From NCBI RefSeq assembly GCF_014725735.1, contig NZ_CP061368.1, forward strand, positions 363,225 through 387,224: a stretch of DNA of 24,000 nt, in the 5' to 3' direction. The translations under genes and the position numbers were made by a program. How positions within the stretch are numbered: the first letter of the stretch is position 1; each line of letters opens with the position of its first letter. The notes below the pieces were generated by a model. It was not told the DNA's origin. It saw only the letters and a list, made by a program, of their open reading frames with translations, and made no database searches. This stretch comes from Wenzhouxiangella sp. AB-CW3 (GTDB taxonomy: Bacteria; Pseudomonadota; Gammaproteobacteria; Xanthomonadales; Wenzhouxiangellaceae). This document shows, one piece after another, positions 8,235 through 14,519 of the stretch.

Positions 8235-9584
8235 TACTTTCCCCAACCTTTCCCGCACCAGTCGTTCGCCCTCATCCAGATCAACCTCCTCCAGGGAGCC
8301 GGCCTCCCGCGTCAGCTCATCGAGGATTCCGGCCTGTATGCGACCGCGCCGCTGGGCCTCGGCGTAGGGCAGGGTGCGGAACATGACCATGGCGTAGCGC
8401 GGTACATACAGCTCGGGCAGGCGGGTGTAGAGTTCGGCCTCGATCTGTTTTTGCAGCTGAAAGGTCGGGTCGGCGACCTTGTCGCGCATTTCGATGTAGT
8501 TCTCCAGCGCCATGTCGGCGATGGCATCGGCGTTGGGCTTGCGCCGCCTTTCGTATTCGGCCAGCAGGGTGGGCCAGTCGGCGACGTTCTTGTCGAGCAG
8601 GCGGTTGAGCTCGGTGCAGTCCTCGAAGGCGCAGTTCATGCCCTGGCCGTGGAAGGGCACCACGGCGTGGGCGGCATCGCCGACCAGGGCGATGTGGTCG
8701 TGGTGCCAGGGTTGGCAGCGGACCGTGCCCAGAGGGCTGACCGGGTGCTCGGCGTGCTGGCGGGCGAAGTCCTCGCCGACCAGGTCCATGAAATCGGGAA
8801 ATTCCTGTTGGAAGAATGCCTCGGCGGCGTCGGCATCGGCAATGGCGGCAAACGAGCGTTCGTCTCCCTCGTGGGTCAGAAACAGGGTGGCGGTAAAGCT
8901 GCCGTCGGGATTGGGCAGGGCAATCAGCATGAACTCGTGGCGCGGCCAGATGTGCAGGGCATCGGGCGCGAGCCGGTGTGCGCCGTCGGCATCCGGTGGA
9001 ATATTGAATTCCTGGTAGCCGTGGGGCAGCCAGTCGATGGTGGTGTCGGTGTTCGCGCCCGATTCCAGCGCCTGGCGCACGACCGAGCCGGCACCATCAC
9101 AGCCCAACAGGGGGGAGCCGGTCAGGTCGATGGCCGCTCGCCCGGCCGGCTGCAACAAGGCGTTGGCCGGGTCCAGCGATTCGATTGGGCTGTCGAAGTG
9201 AAAGCGCGCACCGGCGGCTTCGGCCGCGTCGATCAGGATCTGGTTGAGTTCGCCGCGATGGACCGAGTGGATGACCTCGTCGGCATGGGTCGAGTAGGGT
9301 TGCAGAGACTGATTGCCGTCGCGGTCGTGGATCATGCGCCCGCGCATCGGCAGTGCCATGTTCATTACCTCGTCGAGCACGCCGATCTCGCGCAGGGCCA
9401 CGATGCCGCGTTCGGACAGCGCCAGGTTGATCGAGCGCCCGCGCTCGACGGCCTGCCGCCGCATGTCGGCGCGCTTTTCGAATACCTCCACGGCCAGTCC
9501 CCGCCGCGCCAGGTAGCAGGCCAGCACACACCCGGCCAGCCCGGCCCCGGCGATGTGGATGGGTTGTTGTTGGTCGATGGTCAT
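8220..9584 (-). CDS. kmo: Kynurenine 3-monooxygenase (FAD-dependent)
   Basis: FAD fingerprint IHIAGAGLAGCVLACYL. Also GRSINLALSERG, PMRGRMIH and GDAAHAVVPFHGQGMNCAFED, as in characterised KMOs. It is adjacent to kynU. Confidence 0.9.
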   Translation of the reverse strand: MTIDQQQPIHIAGAGLAGCVLACYLARRGLAVEVFEKRADMRRQAVERGRSINLALSERGIVALREIGVLDEVMNMALPMRGRMIHDRDGNQSLQPYSTHADEVIHSVHRGELNQILIDAAEAAGARFHFDSPIESLDPANALLQPAGRAAIDLTGSPLLGCDGAGSVVRQALESGANTDTTIDWLPHGYQEFNIPPDADGAHRLAPDALHIWPRHEFMLIALPNPDGSFTATLFLTHEGDERSFAAIADADAAEAFFQQEFPDFMDLVGEDFARQHAEHPVSPLGTVRCQPWHHDHIALVGDAAHAVVPFHGQGMNCAFEDCTELNRLLDKNVADWPTLLAEYERRRKPNADAIADMALENYIEMRDKVADPTFQLQKQIEAELYTRLPELYVPRYAMVMFRTLPYAEAQRRGRIQAGILDELTREAGSLEEVDLDEGERLVRERLGKVISER

Positions 9585-9623
9585 GTGTTTATACCGACTC
9601 CTGATTCATGCGGTACTTGATCT

Positions 9624-9757
9624 GGAAAGAGGGGTAGAGGGGGAGAGGAGGAGAGGGAAAGCCGACAAGAATGACAGGTCGCCACCTCCAAGCAAGTTCC
9701 TCTGACCCTCTCTTCTTCTACTCCTCTAATCCTCTATTCCTCTACCCGTCTTCCCTC
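9624..9757. repeat. Polypurine tract (9624-9661) and polypyrimidine tract (9698-9757), partly complementary; the latter carries TCCTCTA x3 with 8-nt period
   Basis: 9624-9661 GGAAAGAGGGGTAGAGGGGGAGAGGAGGAGAGGGAAAG has 37 of 38 purines. The 9698-9757 tract is CT-rich, with TCCTCTA starting at 9723, 9731 and 9739. 9624-9640 pairs with 9739-9755 at 15 of 17 positions. Confidence 0.85.
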
Positions 9758-9772
9758 ACACATCCGCCAGCC

Positions 9773-11071
9773 TCACAAGCTGTCCATCAGCGCCCTGACC
9801 AGTCGCAGGCAATCATCGTAACGGCTATACATCGGCACTGGCGCGACGCGGATCACGTCGGGTTCGCGCCAGTCGCCGACGATGCCCTGGCCTGTCAGGT
9901 ACTCGAAGACCTCGCGCCCGGAGTGTTCGGGATGAGTGATGCGCAGCGAGAGCTGGCAGCCGCGTCGGGCCGGGTCGGCGGGGGTGATGATCTGGACGTG
10001 TTCGGCCAGCAAACGCCGGACCATGGCTTCGAGGAACCCGGTCATCTTCTCCGATTTCTCACGCAGGGCGTCCATGCCGGCCTCGGCAAACATTTCGGTG
10101 GCCACGCGCACCGGGGTCAGGGCCAGGATGGGCGGGTTGCTGAGCTGCCAGGCATCGGCACCAGGGGTGGCATGAAACTCCGGCCCCATGCGAAAGCGCG
10201 ACCCGGCATCGTGGCCCCACCAGCCGGCAAAGCGCGGGAGTTTTCTCAAGTCGGTGACCCGGCCATGGCGTTCATGCACGAAACAGCCGGCCACGGCTCC
10301 AGGCCCGGAATTGCAGTACTTGTAGTGGCACCAGGCGGCGAAGTCACAATCCCATTCATGCAGTCTCAGGGGTACGTTGCCGGCGGCGTGGGCCAGATCC
10401 CAGCCGATGGGGACACCATGGCGGCGGGCAGTTGCGGTAATGCCGGCGATATCGAACAACTGCCCGGTGCGGTACTGAACGCCCGGCAGCAGCACCAGGG
10501 CCAGCTCGCCGGCATGGGCCTCGATGGCCTCGATGACGCGCCGGTCATCAAGCAGGCCGGAGTCGGGATCGGGGGCGAGCTCGATCAGATCGTGTTCGGG
10601 ATCGCCACCGTGAAAGATGACCTGCGACCAGGTGGCATGGCGGTCGGAAGGAAAGGCCCCAGCCTCGATCAGAATCTTTCGGCGCACGCCTTCGGGGCGA
10701 TAGAAGCTCACCATCATCAGGTGCAGGTTGACGGTAAGACTGTTCATGGCCACGACTTCGTGCGGCTTCGCGCCGACCAGGCGGGCCAGCGGCTCGCGCA
10801 GGAACTCATGCGCCGGCATCCACGGATGCGGTCCCGCGAAATGCCCCTCGACGGCCTGCTCGGCCCACATGTTCAGGTCGGCCTCCAGCGCGGCACGAGT
10901 CGCTTTTGGCTGCAACCCCAGCGAGTTGCCGCAAAAGTAGGCCTGCTCGCCGCCACGGTCGTCGCGCGGAATATGAAATCGCTCGCGCCATCCGCCCAGC
11001 GGATCGGCCTGGTCGAGTTCGCGCGCCAATACGGCGGCTTGTTCCAGGTTGGTGAATTCGGGTGTGTTCAT
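9773..11071 (-). CDS. kynU: Kynureninase (PLP-dependent)
   Basis: The track ORF extends to 11188. I place the start at ATG 11071 (MNTPEFTNLEQA...). Motifs: FCGNSLGLQPK, the PLP-lysine region WCHYKYCNSGPGA, and WGHD...RF. Confidence 0.9.
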   Translation of the reverse strand: MNTPEFTNLEQAAVLARELDQADPLGGWRERFHIPRDDRGGEQAYFCGNSLGLQPKATRAALEADLNMWAEQAVEGHFAGPHPWMPAHEFLREPLARLVGAKPHEVVAMNSLTVNLHLMMVSFYRPEGVRRKILIEAGAFPSDRHATWSQVIFHGGDPEHDLIELAPDPDSGLLDDRRVIEAIEAHAGELALVLLPGVQYRTGQLFDIAGITATARRHGVPIGWDLAHAAGNVPLRLHEWDCDFAAWCHYKYCNSGPGAVAGCFVHERHGRVTDLRKLPRFAGWWGHDAGSRFRMGPEFHATPGADAWQLSNPPILALTPVRVATEMFAEAGMDALREKSEKMTGFLEAMVRRLLAEHVQIITPADPARRGCQLSLRITHPEHSGREVFEYLTGQGIVGDWREPDVIRVAPVPMYSRYDDCLRLVRALMDSL

Positions 11072-11176
11072 GGATACCGGATGGATCGGGAATAGGAATG
11101 GACCGGACAAGATTAACGCAGAGCGGGGCGTGGAACGCGGTCGTGTCTCAGGATTGATATTCGTGGTGGCTTCGAG

Positions 11177-11255
11177 GCCAGCCTCCATTGGGAGGATTCG
11201 CTTCAGTTCGATGCGGTGGCAAGGCCCTCAGCGAATCCTCCCAATGGAGGCTGGC
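11177..11255. repeat. Perfect 26-bp inverted repeat (stem-loop / cruciform), 27-nt loop
   Basis: GCCAGCCTCCATTGGGAGGATTCGCT (11177-11202) is the exact reverse complement of 11230-11255. Each arm carries a sub-palindrome, CCTCC-ATT-GGGAGG. It lies 106 nt upstream of the kynU ATG. Confidence 0.95.
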
Positions 11256-11347
11256 ATGCCCTGCGGGGGAGGCGAAGAGGCGAAAGGTGAAAGGCAGAGA
11301 TCCGTCCGGCACCCGGAAACGGATTCTGAGCGTCAGCTTCATGATTT

Positions 11348-11448
11348 CCCTGAACCCTGAACCCTGAACCCTGAACCCTGAACCCTGAACCCTGAACCCT
11401 GAACCCTGAACCCTGAACCCTGAACCCTGAACCCTGAACCCTGAACCC
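11348..11448. repeat. Perfect heptamer tandem array, + strand (CCCTGAA)x14 plus CCC; mRNA/minus strand (TTCAGGG)n
   Basis: I counted units starting at 11348 + 7n for n = 0..13, with no substitution, followed by a partial CCC. The array lies between the stop of the cyclase-family gene (11461) and kynU. Confidence 0.97.
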
Positions 11449-11460
11449 GTAAAGCGTCCC

Positions 11461-12309
11461 TTACCCCTCCTCCCAGAGGTTCTTCGGGCAGGCGAGCGGA
11501 AACACCACCGGCCGACTCGGCACCGCATCCGTACACCAGTCCGGCAACTGCAGGTTCAGCAGGTACAGCCCGTCGGGCACCTCGTCGGGTACAAAAACGA
11601 ACTCGGTGACCGTGCGTTCGGCCACGGTCTCTTGCGTCGGCTGGCGGTCTTCGTTCAGGGCCCAGAAGCGGCGATGGGCCGGCAGACTGCCGTCATCCTG
11701 GCCTCGGTCGATGGACGGAGTGTCGACCAGCAGGTGTTCGACGCCGCGATGCAGCAGCCAGTCGATGGCTTCCAGGGTGAAATAGGGATGCGGATTGTCG
11801 CCCTGGTATTGTCGCTGCCGCTTGCCCGGATCGTTGGGCCGGGTGCGAACGATCAGCGCCGGGGTGTCGATATCGGCAGCGGATAGGTCGGCACGGCTGA
11901 TGACCTTCTCATTGGCCTGGCCCGGCGGAGGATAGGTCTCGCCGGTCTGCTTGCAGACGTGGGTCATCACGCTGACCACGCGCGCGGCCATCCAGGCCGG
12001 CGGGCAGGGTGGTTCGGTGAAGGCATGGCTGAGGTGGGCAATGCTTTCGGTGTGGGTGCCGTGGCAGTGGGGAGTGAGCTCCAGACGCTCGACATTGCAC
12101 GACCCGCCGCGCGCGGTATCGCCGACGAAGTTACCGGCTTCCAACGCCTGGGCACTGGCCGGTTCAACGCCGTAGAAAGAGGGTTGGCTTCCGGCAAAAT
12201 CCAGCGGCAGGGCCAGGCTGATGCCGGTATTCCCATCAGCCTGGTAGCGTTGTCCCCGGTGTTCGAACCACAGCTTCAAGCGAATTGATCCCGCTCGAGC
12301 CCCAGCCAC
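11461..12309 (-). CDS. Cyclase-family protein, putative kynurenine formamidase (divergent KynB)
   Basis: Putative-cyclase family layout: metal motif HCHGTHTESIAH (canonical H.GTH.D.P.H), then LIVRTRP, then EAIDWLLHRGVEHLLVDTPSIDR, then AHRRFW. Its position between ACMSD and kynU supports the role. The start is uncertain: GTG 12309 overlaps ACMSD by 34 nt, while TTG 12279 would give a TTGA start/stop overlap. Confidence 0.7.
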   Translation of the reverse strand: MAGARAGSIRLKLWFEHRGQRYQADGNTGISLALPLDFAGSQPSFYGVEPASAQALEAGNFVGDTARGGSCNVERLELTPHCHGTHTESIAHLSHAFTEPPCPPAWMAARVVSVMTHVCKQTGETYPPPGQANEKVISRADLSAADIDTPALIVRTRPNDPGKRQRQYQGDNPHPYFTLEAIDWLLHRGVEHLLVDTPSIDRGQDDGSLPAHRRFWALNEDRQPTQETVAERTVTEFVFVPDEVPDGLYLLNLQLPDWCTDAVPSRPVVFPLACPKNLWEEG

Positions 12310-13304
12310 TCCAGCGCCGTGCCGTGATAGAGCCGTTCACGCGTGGGCTCGTCCAGGTCGAGACTGTCGATGCCGCTGCCGGGCTGCTGTTCGCCCAGCG
12401 GGAAGGGGTAGTCCGTGCCCATGGCGATGCGCTCCGGGCCCATCAGCTCGAGCAGGTATTCCAGTGCCTTCTGGTCATGCACGCAGGAGTCGAGGTAGAA
12501 GCGGTCGAGGTAGTCGCGCGGGCCACCGTTGGGATTGTCCACCGCGACCAGGTCCGGGCGCATGCGCCAGCCGTGCTCGATACGGCCGATGGTGAACGGG
12601 AAGCTGCCACCACCATGGGCGAACAGGACTCGCATGTTCGGGTGACGGTCGAACACGCCGCCGAAGATCATCGAGCAGATCGCGCGCGACTGCTCGGCCG
12701 GCATGCCCACCAGCCACGGTAGCCAGTACTTGTTCATCGATTCCTTGCCCATCATGTCCCAGGGATGCACCAGGACGGCCGCGCCCAGGTCGCTGGCCGC
12801 GGCAAATACAGGCTCTAGCTCGGGGTCATTCAGGTTCCAGCTGTTGATGTGCGAGCCGATCTGTACGCCCCTGAGGCCCAGCTCCTTGACACAACGTTCC
12901 AGCTCGCGTGCGGCCAGTTCCGGTGCCTGCAGCGGCAGGGTGGCCAGGCCGGCCAGGTGACGCGGATGTTCGCGGCACTGCTCGGCCAGGTGGTCGTTGA
13001 GATACTGGCCCAGGTAAAGCGCGTGCTCGGGATCGGCGTGGTAGCTGAACATCACCGGCACGGTGCAGGCGACCTGCACCTGCACGCCCTTGGCGCCGTA
13101 GTCGGCAATGCGTTGCTCGATATCCCAGCTCAGGGGATCAACCGCCCGGAAGAACTTGCCGTCCTTATGAATCTCGGCCTTGCTATCGTCCCGGCCGGTG
13201 TCGTGGTGAATGGTCGGGAAGCCGGTGGTGTTGAACTTCTCGTTCAGATCCGGCCACTCGCGCGGCAGGATGTGGGAGTGCATGTCGATTTTGAGCATAT
13301 TCAT
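12276..13304 (-). CDS. 2-amino-3-carboxymuconate-6-semialdehyde decarboxylase (ACMSD, amidohydrolase-2 family)
   Basis: The track ORF extends to 13454. I place the start at ATG 13304 ([14 protein letters not shown]), which overlaps the upstream stop as ATGA. Motifs: [37 protein letters not shown]. Confidence 0.88.
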   Translation of the reverse strand: MNMLKIDMHSHILPREWPDLNEKFNTTGFPTIHHDTGRDDSKAEIHKDGKFFRAVDPLSWDIEQRIADYGAKGVQVQVACTVPVMFSYHADPEHALYLGQYLNDHLAEQCREHPRHLAGLATLPLQAPELAARELERCVKELGLRGVQIGSHINSWNLNDPELEPVFAAASDLGAAVLVHPWDMMGKESMNKYWLPWLVGMPAEQSRAICSMIFGGVFDRHPNMRVLFAHGGGSFPFTIGRIEHGWRMRPDLVAVDNPNGGPRDYLDRFYLDSCVHDQKALEYLLELMGPERIAMGTDYPFPLGEQQPGSGIDSLDLDEPTRERLYHGTALEWLGLERDQFA

Positions 13305-13813
13305 TTCTCCGGATGCAGATGCCCACACTGCGGACAGGTGCGATTCTCCTCGCTGCTGAAGAAGCGTTCGAACACCGGCGGGAAATCCTTTTCGATGTTC
13401 TTCAGCTCGAAGTATTCCTCGTAAACGCAAGCATTGCATTCCGGGCAGAACCACATCAGGCCGTCCTTCTCTTCCGGCAGGCGTTTGCGTTCGATGACCA
13501 GGCCGACGGTATCGGCGAACCGCTGCGGCGAATGCGGCACTTTCGGCGGCAGCAGGAAGATCTCGCCCTCGCGGATGGTGATGTCCTTCGGCTGGCCGTT
13601 CTCGATGACCTTGAGCAGCATGTCGCCCTCGACCTGATAAAAGAATTCCGGGCCTTCGTCGTAATGGTAGTCAGTGCGCTCGTTCGGTCCGCCCACCACC
13701 ATGACGATGAAGTCCTCGTCGGACCAGATCATCTTGTTGCCCACCGGGGGTTTCAGCAGGTGGCGGTTGTCCTCGATCCATTGCTTGAAGTCGATTGGCA
13801 TGCTTGGCAACAT
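13301..13813 (-). CDS. nbaC: 3-hydroxyanthranilate 3,4-dioxygenase
   Basis: Cupin core [18 protein letters not shown] ... [12 protein letters not shown], plus C-terminal CPECNAC ... CPQCGH (a rubredoxin-like site known in bacterial HAO). The track start is ATG 13828. ATG 13813 ([13 protein letters not shown]...) has GAGG 6 nt upstream. Confidence 0.9.
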   Translation of the reverse strand: MLPSMPIDFKQWIEDNRHLLKPPVGNKMIWSDEDFIVMVVGGPNERTDYHYDEGPEFFYQVEGDMLLKVIENGQPKDITIREGEIFLLPPKVPHSPQRFADTVGLVIERKRLPEEKDGLMWFCPECNACVYEEYFELKNIEKDFPPVFERFFSSEENRTCPQCGHLHPEK

Positions 13814-13817
13814 GGTG

Positions 13818-13843
13818 GACCTCTTCATCTTGGTGAAGAGGTC
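13818..13843 (-). promoter_or_regulatory. 10-bp perfect hairpin covering the Shine-Dalgarno / alternative start of the 3-hydroxyanthranilate dioxygenase gene
   Basis: GACCTCTTCA (13818-13827), loop TCTTGG, TGAAGAGGTC (13834-13843). On the mRNA the 3' arm contains the GAGG that serves ATG 13813. ATG 13828 sits at the stem/loop border. Any function is inferred only. Confidence 0.4.
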
Positions 13844-13864
13844 AGTGTAAAGTGTGAAGTGTAA
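13844..13864. repeat. Heptamer array AGTGTRA x3, the inverted counterpart of the 13956-14004 array
   Basis: AGTGTAA AGTGTGA AGTGTAA. The reverse complement of 13844-13866 matches the CTTCACACTTCACACTTCACACT register of the downstream array at about 21 of 23 positions. Confidence 0.85.
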
Positions 13865-13955
13865 AGAACAAAGAGGTGGGTGCAGGCCCCTGACGCTTTT
13901 CCCCTTCCGTAAGCCCGACAGAATCCAGCCTACTCAAGCCCCAGCCGCAAGCCGT

Positions 13956-14004
13956 ACTTCACACTTCACACTTCACACTTCACACTTCACACTTCAAATT
14001 CACT
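13956..14004. repeat. Heptamer tandem array, + strand ACTTCAC (mRNA sense GTGAAGT), 5 perfect plus 2 degenerate units
   Basis: Perfect units start at 13956, 13963, 13970, 13977 and 13984, followed by ACTTCAA (13991) and ATTCACT (13998). The RidA stop codon (14002-14000) lies in the last unit. Confidence 0.95.
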
Positions 14005-14425
14005 CGTCCCCCAAATAAGCAACACACTTCAACTCGACTGCAATCGGCGTGGGCAGTGCCCCGACCTCCACCGTGGTGCGGCAGGGGCGGTGGTCGGTGA
14101 AGTGTTCGGCGTAGATACGGTTGAAGGTGGCGAAGTCGCGTTTCATGTCGGTCAGGAACACGGTCACGTCGACCAGGTCTTCCCAGCGCGCACCCGAGGC
14201 TTCGAGAATGGCGCGGACGTTGCGAAACACCGAGCGAGTCTGATCGGCGACATCGTAGGCGATCACTTCTCCTTCCTCGTTCAGCGTCACGCCGGGAATG
14301 TCTTTTCCCTTCGGCGCACGGGGTCCGACGCCGGACAGAAACAGGAACGGCCCGGCGCGTCGTGAATGCGGGTAGGCGCCGACGGGGGGTGGGGCGTTTT
14401 CGGTGCTGTGCTCTTGGTTGCTCAT
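14000..14425 (-). CDS. RidA/YjgF-family deaminase, putative 2-aminomuconate deaminase
   Basis: 141 aa with RidA-family features (GVGPR..., VTVFLTDM.DF..FN..Y, RPCRTTVEVGALP...VELKCVA). It lies between the semialdehyde dehydrogenase and HAO, as in known aminomuconate pathways. The specific substrate is an inference from context. Confidence 0.75.
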   Translation of the reverse strand: MSNQEHSTENAPPPVGAYPHSRRAGPFLFLSGVGPRAPKGKDIPGVTLNEEGEVIAYDVADQTRSVFRNVRAILEASGARWEDLVDVTVFLTDMKRDFATFNRIYAEHFTDHRPCRTTVEVGALPTPIAVELKCVAYLGDE

Positions 14426-14457
14426 GGTGTCATTTTCTGTTGATTGCTCTTTAGGGT

Positions 14458-14492
14458 GAAGGGGAAGACGTGAGACGGAAGATGGAAGGCGG
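14458..14492. repeat. Purine-rich heptamer array (RAGAYGG-like x5), the inverted counterpart of 14523-14578
   Basis: GAAGGGG AAGACGT GAGACGG AAGATGG AAGGCGG. The reverse complement CCATCTTCCGTCTCACGTCTTCC matches 14537-14559 (CCATCTTACGTCTCCCGTCTTCC) at 21 of 23 positions. Confidence 0.85.
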
Positions 14493-14519
14493 TAAAAAAG
14501 GGCACTTATCCCATCACGG

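Noticed and set aside
8451-11095. Plus-strand ORFs 8451..9620 (389 aa) and 9671..11095 (474 aa)
   Set aside because: They are exact antisense shadows of kmo and kynU, which carry diagnostic FAD and PLP motifs. Their translations are Gly/Val/Ala-rich without domain signatures.
11348-11448. Heptamer arrays as a CRISPR array or as a true telomere
   Set aside because: The units are 7 nt, directly abutting with no spacers, and no cas genes are present, so this is not CRISPR. Although TTCAGGG resembles eukaryotic telomere units, the array is internal and flanked by operon genes on both sides.
11348-11448. TRAP-like tryptophan-responsive RNA-binding platform (regularly spaced CAG/AGG triplets in a Trp-catabolic mRNA)
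   Set aside because: The analogy is attractive but unsupported. Known TRAP sites use (G/U)AG triplets with 2-3-nt spacers and occur in Bacillus-type organisms. No candidate ring-protein gene is in the window, and perfect unit identity points to recent slippage rather than a selected protein-binding site.
11148-11536. ORFs encoding (GSGFRVQ)n (11148..11528 and 11339..11536, minus strand)
   Set aside because: The periodic peptide is simply the heptamer array read through all three frames. The ORFs overlap the 3' end of the cyclase-family gene and have no plausible start context.
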